Assembly: GCA_052327205.1 (NCBI GenBank)
Contig: CM126205.1
Span: 212,040,001-212,104,000, forward strand
Source: Somniosus microcephalus
Taxonomy: Eukaryota
DNA: 64,000 nucleotides
Reading direction: 5' to 3'
Part shown: piece by piece, positions 53,530 to 64,000 of the stretch
Position numbering within the stretch: the first letter of the stretch is position 1
Layout of the letters: every line of letters begins with the position of its first letter
Notes under the pieces: generated by a model
Database searches by the model: none
The model's input: only the letters and a program-made list of their open reading frames with translations
Told to the model about the DNA's origin: nothing
Position numbers and translations under genes: made by a program

Positions 53530-54173
53530 GCGTGCATCTATTCAGAGGGCCCAGCCAGCCATCTAATGATCTGATCATGTGGTGTTATTATCTGTAATAA
53601 ATGCGAACCGTCTTACAGTAATCAAGCTGATTAAAAATTCTTGCGCGCCAAGGACGGGAAGAGGGTGGGGGGCGATTTTCTCCCGTGTTAGTTCTTTAAT
53701 CAAACTGAGCGCCGCCGTCCGAGCGACCGGCAGCAAGAGCGGCAGCAAGACTCTGCCGCCCCCCTCCCTCTCTCCCTCCCTCCTTCACCTTGGGGGCTCG
53801 ATCACTCTTACCTTTGAATGCAAAAAAAAGTCTCTCCCGGACCAGGAACGGAAGCGAGCAGTGATATGGAGAAAGGAGGACAACCCAGAGGAGTGCTGAT
53901 GAGTCAACGCAACTAATAATTTCTCTCTCATTCTGTCGCTGTCAGTCCCAACGTTTCGACCGTGGAGATATGATCAAAGTGACACCGGGCTACCCTTCCC
54001 CTCCTTCTGCATTGGATCGGCAGCTCCCCTGAAAGTTTTTTTTTAAATATATAGAATCTTCGAAGTGATTGCTTTCAATCTGTTTCTTTTTTTTTAAATA
54101 GTTTTTTTTTTACTATTATTGATTTGTGACAAGGAGTGACCGCTTGAAGGAAATCCTCTGGAGTGGAGTGTAT
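53530..54173 (+). promoter_or_regulatory. Putative SATB2 proximal promoter and first non-coding exon
   Basis: GC/CpG-rich segment (GAGCGCCGCCGTCCGAGCG, CCGCCCCCTCCC) with TAAT-rich motifs upstream, ending at donor-like GTGAGT at 54174. TSS not determinable. Confidence 0.5.
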
Positions 54174-54243
54174 GTGAGTTCCACTTTCTTTCGCCCCCAC
54201 CCCCCCCCCCCCCTCTCTCTCCATCCACCCCCCTCTCTGCCAG

Positions 54244-54403
54244 ATCGGACAGGAGCCGTCATCACCACAGCGGGAGATACAGAGAGGATCTGAGTCGGTG
54301 ACTAAGATCCAGCCTGCTAAACTTCCAGACCTGGATCCCCTGCTTCTCACACATGGACAGAGTCATACTTCAGCACATCCAGCTTACAGGCACATCCTAG
54401 ATA
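54244..54403 (+). other. Putative SATB2 5'-UTR exon
   Basis: Preceded by a long polypyrimidine tract ending in CAG (54241-54243) and followed by donor GTAAGT at 54404. Confidence 0.5.
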
Positions 54404-55271
54404 GTAAGTCACAGGGACACAGTGGGAGAAATTCTTTTCAAACTGCAGGGGGGAGAGAGGGAGAGAGAGAGAGAGAGAGGCGGCCTCGTCTCCAGCGAAC
54501 GAGCTACCTAAAAAAGAGAGGAGCAGTTGTTAAAAGTTGGATTTAAACCAAGAGAGATAGTGACAGAAACACTCGATTTGGTTACGATGTCATATTAAAT
54601 CACTTTGATCTTTCCGAGCGTGGTATTACTACGTTTTGATGCATTTAAACGGCGGAATTCCCCCAAGTGTTGCAAAAAAAATGCTCTTGTCAGAGTTAAA
54701 AATGTCAAACAGCTGTTTAAAGCGTTATAAAGTGACAAGTTCGTTTAAGAGAAAGCTTCTATATAATGCATTTTGATGCCATAATTTTCGTTTCCCGCAG
54801 CCAATTAAAAGGATTTAGCGTTTGTTTAAGTTGACAAAGTCTTAACTTTCAGTGTCACATTTACAGCAGCCTGAAATTATTGGCTGCGGATTTTCTAAGA
54901 TATTAGCTTTTAGGAACAGTTTTGGGTCGGATGAGTCACTATATATTTGTGTAGGTATGTTTGCATGTGCCTCTGTTTGAGAGAGAGTATCTTTAATTCA
55001 GGCTCCACTTTTACTACAACTGTTGTTCGTAAGAATCAAAGCGATTTAATTTGAAATCTTCACTTAACAAGGGACATCAGGTCTGTATGTGCGTGTGTGA
55101 TCTGTCGAAATGCATCGGTAGATATTTGCTTTTCGAGGTCGGGCAAGCTCGTGCACTGTGATCATAACAGACTTGACACATATTCGATTCTTCCGATTGT
55201 CTTTCTTTCTAGGTCTATGCACTCTCCACGGTGATCTGCATTCGGGAGCTCTCACACACTGGTGGCGGAGA

Positions 55272-55449
55272 ATGGAAATGAAAAGTGCGAGCCCCTGCCC
55301 CTACCCCCGAGACAGCCCGGAAAGAAAGAGCAGCAGCCCAGAGGCGCAAGGTCCACCTCCCGGTAAGAAGGCCAGGCTGGAGCCGAATGGTAGCCCGACA
55401 GACGGAGGCAGACGGAGATCCACTGGCTCCCCTGTCAAGGCGCTGGGAG
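55272..55449 (+). CDS. SATB2: SATB2 first coding exon (exon 55213-55449; ATG at 55272; phase-1 intron follows)
   Basis: [42 protein letters not shown]...VKALGG resembles recalled human SATB2 [40 protein letters not shown]...AKAVGG. Acceptor TTTCTTTCTAG ends at 55212; donor G|GTACG at 55450. Confidence 0.88.
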
Positions 55450-58400
55450 GTACGATGCAGCAGCCTGCAAACTGACAGCAGGGCCACATTCAGACTGGGT
55501 GTCAGGGTTCATGTTGATTAAACTTTCTGTGTGCTTGGTGTAGGATTACAGGAAGAAGCTCGGCCGATTTCCAGCTCATTGATGCCCTGCCCAACACCAG
55601 CAGCACCTATCAGCCCCCTTGTCACCATTCAGTAGAAAACGCCAGGCTTTCCCCGGAGGGGGGACTTAATGGGCTCCTCGCCACTTGAGTGGTTTCCACG
55701 CCGCCGCCAGGTTCATGTCCTAGCTGTCTAGTTCCGTCTTTTGTTTCTAACTTACCAGAAGTGATTCTCAGTCCGTTTAAAACCGGTCCTCACGTTGAGA
55801 GAGGGTCCAAACGCACAACTTGAAAGGGAACTTTAGTACTTTCAGGGTTGGGTGGGGGGCGGTCTGTAGGTATTCGCACGTAAAAAGTGACATGCACACC
55901 AAGATTACACTAACTTCCAAAGCATGGAGCTGTCCTCAATGATCAGTTCAAAAGCAGAAACAAAACGCAGCTCAACTCCCTGACTGAAGCCCGCTAGTAA
56001 ATTAAGGAGATTTACCTAATGCTGATATTAATTGCAATATTTAGCAATTGTGATATTAATATCTTGTTATCACAACTTGTTTGCTAGTTCTTCTTTGGTC
56101 AGTATCCTTTCAAATACGATGTCGCGTACAAGCAGTTGTTTAAAACATCACACCGTCCTTGAGGAGCTATAGAAAATGAGTTGGAACTGAGCTCTCGAAA
56201 TAGCACAGACCCACTCCCCACCCACGCTGCCCCGACTGCTGCATACAGTGTAAAATGCCCAATTTATTTATCCTATACCCCTAATATAGATAGAACCGCT
56301 GAACGTGGGTGTGAAAATTACTTGTCTATTCATTGGGTCTAAGAGTTTTTATAGGAGACGGGGGACACCAACAGGGATTGTACTTTCTATATTTAGAAAG
56401 AGTTGCAAAGCAGGATTATTAAAACCAGCAGTTTTAACCATTAATAGTTACATTTACTTTGCCAAACCAGACCGAGAACACAAAACATGTCACCTGCTAA
56501 ATTAAAGGTTAATATTAGTTTTAAATGTCAGTCCTGTCCACTGAATAATTAATAATTAGGCAAAATTCAAAATGATGTAGTTGTTCTCAAGTAGGACAAA
56601 GGCAGTATGCAGTATTATAATCTCTCCAGGAGACCCGTGTGCTCTTAAAATATGTCCAATATATGTGTAATCGTGTTCTTTTGTGAATCTGACCAAGGGA
56701 ATAACTAATCTCCCATGTGCATGGGTTGTTATTAGGGTATTTATTTGTTAGCAGTCAATATGCCCATGATACTCCAGGACAGTATTCTGTTTTGAGATAT
56801 TTAGATGTCAGCCCTCTCAGTGTGGTATTCTTAGTTTAACTTTAATCTCTGTCCAAAGTCTGAACAAATGAGGTGTTGATTTGACCCCACGACAGTGATA
56901 GGTTCAGGTCATAGGTTTTTAGAATAACTAAAAGATTACAATCTTGTTACTCTAATTAATATTACTCCAGTTAAATAAAGAAAAGATTAGGAAATAACCT
57001 CCACATACATTTTTAAAGAATCAAATACATTTCAGGAAAGAAGGCTAATCTCCAAGTGACAACTTGGTAATCAAACCACACTTGGTGAAGGCAGGGTTTA
57101 TATAGGTTAATAAGGACCACTGGATGAAGAAGCTGTTATGTATGATGACTGCACTATTAAGATTTTTGGACTGTGAAACTTGGAGTGAACATATTGACAC
57201 TACTGTACCGTGCTGGAGTTGTGGATATGCGATATTGATTGTTGTTGCACTTGTTGAAAGGATATGCAAGTGGTTTGTTGCACTGTAAAGTGTTGTGGAT
57301 ATAAAAAAAATTAAGAGAATTTGCAAAATAAGTCATAAATATTCATGAGGAACAAAGTGCATGTAAAACAGAGACTCAGTAATCAAATTCCATTTGTCAC
57401 AAGAGCATTGTGCCATATACATAGGTCAAATTACATTATAATATGGCACAAAGTGTCAAATATGTTGAACTTTCAAGGCTAATGGATTAACAATCTTTCA
57501 ATTAGCAAATCACTAAGGTTCTGTAATCATGTTTTAGGTTTGCAAACTGTAAGGTTACAGGAAAGTAGGGTTTAAATGTAAGTTTATATTTATAAGCATA
57601 TTTTTATAAAGCTTACCTACAGACTGCATTTATCATCTTCCAACTGGCAATGGGTGTCCCCTCCTCCTCCAGTGCCTCATAAGAATATATAAAAACAAAG
57701 AATGAGAAAAGGTCATTTGGCCCATTGAAGTTTATCCAATTCTAGCACATTCACTCTCCAACCATGGCATCTGATTGTATTTTGTATCTCAATCAAGACT
57801 GCAATTTATAGAATGGGACTGTTAAATTCTCTTTGTAAATTTATTTGCTAAGGATAAATTACTAGATGGAAAAGTATAGCCATACACAATTATTGTGCTG
57901 AGTACACTCTATAAACTTACCAGTGAGTTTTCAGTATTGAATATTCTTGCTTTCTGCTGATCACATTTGCTAAGTAATGTATTCATTGAAGGAAGTACAG
58001 ACTGGCCTGACTAGGATCACCTATCGCCTTCTGGTTTGATTGCCCCTATTTGTTTTTTGTATCTGGCATCTTAATTGAATTGGTATTTAGAGACAACTAT
58101 CACCAGCAGGGGCCCCTTAAAAATCAGACTTACAAAGAACTATAATCAACTTTAGAATTCATATTTCCTCTCAATTTTGTCCCTTTGGTTTTTAAAAAAA
58201 TGTTATTTTAAAAATCAAGAGACAGGAATAAAGTTAAACTGAATGAGAATATTTTGCAATGGTTTGAATTTTTTTTAATTGAGGTCCTAATGGGGATGCA
58301 ACTTCTTAAAAAAAACTGATCGCTTCCTTCTAGAAGAATGTTAATTCCTCCTGTTTAAACCGTTGGGAAGTGTAACAGGATTCTTTTGCAGCTGAATTTT

Positions 58401-58836
58401 GCAGCGAATGTTTTCTATTTGCTCAGAGGACTTTGCAAATACAGATTTGTTCTGCGATCTCATGCATCTAATGCGTTTATTGTGTATATCATCAAAGTTT
58501 CAAAGGAAATTAAGTATAAGTATTTTTTGGTCATACAAAAACTAAAATGTCGTTAAAGCAGTCTCCCCAGTGACTTTTAGAGCTTGTCAGGGGCAAAGGA
58601 AAGGACAGTGGCAGTAGTGCATAGAGCTGAGGTATACAATAAAGACAGTCTCTGAGTTCTGTAATCTGGTCTGTTTACCAAAACCAATGGTGTACTGCTA
58701 GTATTAATAAACAAATCAATGACCAAAATCTACGTGCTGTCAAACAGCATTACTGGTGATTGGGCTGTGATCAGTTCTGACTGTTTCCGAAACAAAAGCC
58801 TGTGTATTATTTGGATTTTGTTTTCCCCCCATTCAG

Positions 58837-59013
58837 GATCAACCCTGCCAGTGTTTTGTGTGGTGGAGCAATCAGACAATCCTGTAGAATGCGAAGGGAA
58901 AGAAGAGCATGCCGAATTTGTGCTGATCCGTAAAGATGTGCTGTTCAATCAGCTCATCGAGACAGCCCTTTTATCCCTTGGATATTCCCACAGTTCTGCA
59001 GCACAGGCTCAAG
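58837..59013 (+). CDS. SATB2: SATB2 second coding exon (177 bp; start of the ubiquitin-like ULD domain)
   Basis: (G)[11 protein letters not shown]...[38 protein letters not shown]. Acceptor CCCCCCATTCAG ends at 58836; donor AAG|GTAGG at 59014. Phase is compatible with the previous exon. Confidence 0.95.
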
Positions 59014-60469
59014 GTAGGATCCATTTTTCTTTACTTGGCCACTGTATTTGTGTTCTGATTTGGAGAACAATTTCCTAATTAAATCTAGCATCAGAAACTT
59101 GCTGTAGAGTGAAGGCAAAAAACACAGTGTATCTAAGGGTTATACAGTCGGTTTTCACTGCGATGTAAAAATGTCTTAGCAATGAGAGGTTGGTCACTAT
59201 TTCTGTGAAGTGTAACCTCACAATGGTAAAGTCCCACAGAATTCATATCAATAGGACCTCAAGCGGTTTGGGGATGACACAGTATCGTAATCATTACAAT
59301 ATTATTATGTCTTATGGCATCAGAAATCATCTGTTAGTAATTTTATGTGGAAGAGTTCCTAATTTTATACTTTTTGGTTGGGAAATAAATGTGCAGTATC
59401 ACGAACAACAAGATATAATGACATTTGACTGAGGAGTTGTAATTTCCCAAAAGTTGTGACATTAAGCAATTTGTTTTAATGGTGGCCCATGCAATGGAAA
59501 GCAAGGTGCTGTGATATGTCTATAACCATATAATGAATCATGTTTTTGAAATACTTGGAGAGTGTTATGGTACTGCTGGGCAGGTCAAGCTGTTTTCAGC
59601 AATTATTTTTTTCCACCGACCTAGGAGGCATGTACACTAGAATTGCAGTGTCAGTGTGAAGGTCTGCAGTTGTAATGTAAATGAAGCCTGAATCTAGAGT
59701 CAGAGCTTGACCCTAACACAGGAGCAAAGCTTTGCTTTGGAGTCAGTTTGGGCCTTAAAAACCAATATACAAAGCACAAATTTAGTAACAGCGTGAAGCC
59801 AAAAAAAGACTTTGTGTCAATCACATAAACACATCCTAAGATACTTTTTGTATTGTCCCATGCATTTTGTTTTTTTATCATCTGACTGAAAATCACATTT
59901 TCTAATTCATTGTTATCAGGTCTTAACTACCATTTGTGTGGAAGTTTAACATTTAGAATTAATTTCAATACATTAAGATGGGATCACGCGTGTCAGTCTA
60001 CATACAGAAGGACTTGCTTTGTTCCTTCACCTTAGTTTGTTTGAACTGGGCTGAACTGTGTGTGGGGTTAGTCCATGTACGATTTGTGTGTTTTGATACT
60101 GATACAGACACAACCATGCCATTCATGGCAATTTTCATTAATAGATTGGTTTAAAAAATGCTCAAGACAATATTAAAAATTCTGTAATGGGGACTTGAAG
60201 ACCATCAAAGGACTTCAACTTACCTTGTCCTAATACAGCATATGATCATTATAACCGTAAATAAGATTCTAGGTAGTCTAATAACTCCAGCAGTATTTGG
60301 GGTGAGCTAGATTGGCCTTTTACCTGTTCGTACTGCCTTACGCGCAATAAAGCACTGAACTGCCATTCTAAGAACCTGGGTTTGAACTCCAGTCTTGGAT
60401 GCCACTCTAATTCTGTTCATCACAATGAACGAGTTTCCTGGGCTTTCATCCTGGTTTCCAAAACAAGAA

Positions 60470-60915
60470 AAAGAAAAGAAAGACTTTCTATAGCGCCTTT
60501 CATGACCTCAGGACGTCCCAAAGCACTTTACAGCCAATGAAGTACTTTTGAAGTGTCGTCACTTCTGTAATGTAGGAAATGCAGCAGCCAATTTGCACAC
60601 AGCAAGCTCCCACAAACAGCAATGACCAGATAATCTGTTTTAGTGATGATTGTTGAGGGATAAATATTGACCAGGGTATCAGGGATAACTCCCCAGGCTC
60701 TTTCTTCAAAATAGTGCCTTAGGACCTTTCACATACACCTGATAGAGCAGTACAGGGCCTCGGTCTGAAAGATAGTACATCTGACAATGCAAAACTCCCT
60801 CAGGACTACACTGGAGTGTCAGGCTAGATTTGTGCTTAAGGCTCTGGAGTGGGGCATGAGCCCATAACTTTCTGACTCAGAGGCGAGAGTGCTACCCACT
60901 GAGCCATGGCTGACA
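60470..60915 (-). mobile_element. SacSINE1-like DeuSINE in a SATB2 intron
   Basis: Antisense tRNA head (CTGACTCAGAGGCGAGAGTGCTACCCACTGAGCCA), Deu-like core (GAGGGATAAATATTG..CAGG) and an L2-like tail (CTATAGCGCCTTT...GTCCCAAAGCACTTTACA). Confidence 0.85.
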
Positions 60916-61029
60916 ACGTTCTCCTCTGGTGTCAGGCTCTCTAGCTTGATGGGAGGAAAACCCAGGCTGCAGAAGCACATCTTCAGTGGGCGCTGCCACT
61001 GGCCATGTAGAAATCCACATCCTGACTAT

Positions 61030-61178
61030 CAACTACAACTCGCATTTATATAGCGCCTTTAACATAGTCAAATGTTCCAAGACTTTTCACGGGAGTGTAA
61101 TCAGAAAAAAAAATGAACACTGATCCTAAGAAGGAGACATGAGGGCAATTGATTAAAAGCTTGATCAAATAGGTAGCC
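61030..61178 (-). mobile_element. L2 3' end fragment
   Basis: ACAACTCGCATTTATATAGCGCCTTTAAC...AAAAGCTTGATCAAA matches 12835-12965. Confidence 0.75.
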
Positions 61179-62339
61179 TTACCTCTTGGATGAGCCAAGA
61201 AATAAGGGAGAATCAAGCAACAGCAAAAACAAATGGGAAAAAAATTCTAAATTTAAATGGTGGTCCCTATGTTATGTGAATGAGATCAGCTATTAAGGTT
61301 GGGTTCTAAGAAGAATTAGTCCATTTCCAATTGCACTCCATTCCATCCCACATATTGAAAGTAGGTCTATTTATGGACCATCATAGGGAGCAAACAGGCA
61401 TGGGGGGGGGGGGGAAACGGGGGAGGGAGTGTGGGGTTTGTTTGCCTCACAGGGGGCCCTGGGCACAGTTTTGTTCTGGAGACTGGATCTGCTTGGGGCC
61501 ACTGACTTGGTCGGGTTGCACTGTCCTAACCTGGCCCCTGACTTCGCCAATTATAGGGGAAGGTCCACATGGATCAGTCATGTAGAACTGGAGTATGTTA
61601 GGCTGAGAGCTTATCCTGCCTGGACTGACTAATGCTTCCAGTGGGGGGCGGCCACGGGACAGGGATCCACTTGGGGTCTTTGACTGGCTCAGGGCCCCGT
61701 CCAATTACATGGGTTTCAGGGCCCTAATGCCACCCCTGCAAAATGGTTAAAAAATACATTATATGTGTAACTGAGAGTTGGAGTAATGAATATATGGGAG
61801 TGAGGATAAGCTTCTGAAATCTGGTTAGATTACAGCCTAAAACCGACTCTCTGATACCTGCCAGATGACATATTAGATACTGTTTAGCCTCGGGAGAGTG
61901 GTGTAGTGCTGAACCAGTTTTATTAAGTTATCTCCTTGATTTTATATCATGAGGTAATTTTCCAACTATGAGCTGCGGGGCGAGGGTGACCCTTTCCTGC
62001 CAGCAGCAGGTTAAACACCTGGGTATGTACTGCATGTTCACCCAAACGTTAACTTAATGATTGGAAAATTGTGTATAGCGCATGCCCCAATTCTCAGCAT
62101 GCACTGCCAGTGGGTGAGCCTCCAAGGCGAGAAAATAGCCCCTCGCGTATCCTTCTCTCAGTGCTTTTCATAGTGTGAGGTGCTCTCTCTGAGTGAGAGG
62201 ACAGGCAGAGCCCAATCCCACAGTCCTACTGCTGGTGCTCTGTAACCACTGATAGAGATTCCACATGATTGATGGCGATTAGCTATTGGGAAGACCAAAG
62301 CCATTGCCTTCTGCATCTGCCACAAACTCTGTACCCTTG

Positions 62340-63027
62340 CCATTGACGTCACTCCCCTTCCCAGCCACTGTCTCAGGCTGTATCAGACTGTTTACAATCT
62401 CAGCATCCTATTCAACCCTGAGCTGAGCTCCCCACCTCATATCCTCTCCATCACAAAAACTGCCTACATCCACCTCAGTTTATCTGCCACTGAAACCCTC
62501 ATCCATGCCTTTGTCACCTCCAAACTTGATTATTCTAAAGTTGGCAGCTCATCCAAAATCCTGCTGCCTGTATCCTATCCAACACCAAGTCCCGCTCACT
62601 CACCACTCATGTCCTTGCTGACCTATATTGGCTCCTGGTCCACGACACCTCAGATTTAATATTCTCATTCTCCTGTTTAAATCTCTTTGTGATCTTGTCC
62701 TCTCTAACCTCCGCCAGCACTACAGCACCCCTCCAGAACTCTGCATTTGTCTGCGTCTGGCCTCTTGTGCATCCCCCTTCCTTCATTCCAGCATTGGCGG
62801 CTGTGCCTTCAGCTGCCTCGGCCTCATGCTCTTGAATTTCCTCTCAAAACCTCTCTGCCACTCTCTCCTCTTTTAAGACTCTCCTTGAAACTCACCTCTT
62901 TGATCTACTTTTTTGTCCCCCTCCTAATATCCTTTTTTGGCTTGACATCCTTTTTTTAATTATACCTCTGTGAAGCACTTTGATACATTTTTCTACATAA
63001 AAGGCACTATATAAAGGCAAGTTGTTT
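62340..63027 (+). mobile_element. Degraded L2 3' fragment
   Basis: ETLIHAFVTS-, IQN.AA-, FNILILLFKSL- and IGGCAFS-like pieces; ends GGCACTATATAAAGGCAAGTTG. Confidence 0.8.
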
Positions 63028-63823
63028 TTTGAGAGTTGTGGTTATCTAGTGTTTGCACCTTAAGTAGTTATATTTAACAAATAAGCTGCTAAAATGAAGC
63101 TTTTAAAAACTAAATTTTTTATGAAGGAGCTTTAGGGCCATGCCTGGCTGTTGTCTTATTTGAAGCTTTATTTTTTTATAGTCTGGTTGCAGCCACTGTG
63201 TTGAGATCAGGAAGATGTCCTCTGGTGTAAATGGATTAATTGGCTATATTTGAGAATCCCTGTTGTTGCACTTATGGAATCATCAGGGTTTGGAAATAAA
63301 ACAAGGATGATGTTGGAGTGATGATGAGTTTTGCTTACTTTTAAAAGTTACATTCACATTTAGGGGGGAATTTCCTTTCCATCTGCCACTTCCTGGGCTG
63401 CCATATGAAAGACAGTGTTAGGCACTGGGGGATGGTGGTAAAAGCCTCAAGCCCCCCACTGGAGTGAGAATGCTTTGTTGTGACCTCCTCTCCCTCCAGT
63501 CGGCCCCAAACACTTAGTTGCTCAATGTCTCGGTCTTGGTGGAGGCCTTCAGTGCGAGCCTTCACTCTCATCCTTGAGGTGCTTCTGCTCCTTTAAGGTC
63601 CCTCGCTACCTCTTCTGGTGCTGCAATCATATCCCTGCAATAGCAACACCGGAGTTTCCTTGCATGCATTGGTAAGTGCCCTCTCGATGGTGGGAATCCC
63701 ACCAGGAGCCTGCAATGCATATGGAATGAGCCCCAATGCAGGAAATTTGGTCGGGGTAGGGGCAGATGGAGGGGTGGGTTGAAGTCCCATCCCACCGGAT
63801 CTCTGTCCCAAAGAGGAGAATTA

Positions 63824-64000
63824 CATGGAACTACATAGAATTTACAGCACAGAAACAGGCCATTCGGTCCAACTGGTCAATGCCAGTGATAATGCTCCAT
63901 ACGAGCCTCCTCCCATCCTACTTTATCTAACCTTATTATCATATCCTTCTATTTCTTTCTCCCTCATATACTTATCTAGCTTCCCCTTAAATGCATCTAT
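63824..64000 (-). mobile_element. CR1 3' end running off the window
   Basis: TACATAGAATTTACAGCACAGAAACAGGCCATTCGG...CTTCCCCTTAAATGCATCTAT is an antisense CR1 tail. Confidence 0.75.

Noticed and set aside
55158-55475. ORF-track boundaries as the true SATB2 CDS
   Set aside because: Extends into introns on both sides; splice signals give exon 55213-55449 with ATG at 55272. Likewise, ORF 58719-59078 is exonic only at 58837-59013.
55272-59013. SATB1 assignment
   Set aside because: The N-terminus (SPC..RDSP...GPPP) and the KDV/ETA/AQG residues fit SATB2; recalled SATB1 begins MDHLNEATQGKEHSE.
61380-63810. GC-rich patches at ~61.4-61.75 kb and ~63.35-63.8 kb as exons or promoters
   Set aside because: No SATB2-like translation; they look like decayed interspersed repeats but I could not classify them.

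Overview
Vertebrate genomic DNA, almost certainly an elasmobranch (shark or ray), judged from HE1-type V-SINEs, a SacSINE1-type DeuSINE and shark-type CR1/L2/Harbinger repeats. From left to right: (1) 1-~10.9 kb is a very C-rich 24-bp minisatellite with higher-order structure, which flips to an inverted G-rich copy at ~10.94 kb. (2) ~11.6-39.8 kb is TE-rich intergenic DNA. Its main feature is a complete but pseudogenised Gypsy (Mag-like) LTR retrotransposon (18154-27515, TSD GATAC). Its two ~194-bp LTRs have been hit by three unrelated elements: an HE1 SINE, a nearly intact CR1 LINE and a non-autonomous Helitron. (3) ~39.9-56.4 kb is a CpG-rich, TE-poor regulatory domain. It leads into (4) the 5' end of SATB2 on the + strand, with coding exons 55272-55449 and 58837-59013; the gene continues beyond the window. 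I see no prokaryotic system and cannot claim a wholly new biological system. The best leads are the nested TE stack, the promoter-carrying Helitron with a duplicated terminator, the foldback-type giant minisatellite, and the SATB2 5' architecture. All identifications are by eye or from recalled family sequences; no searches were run.
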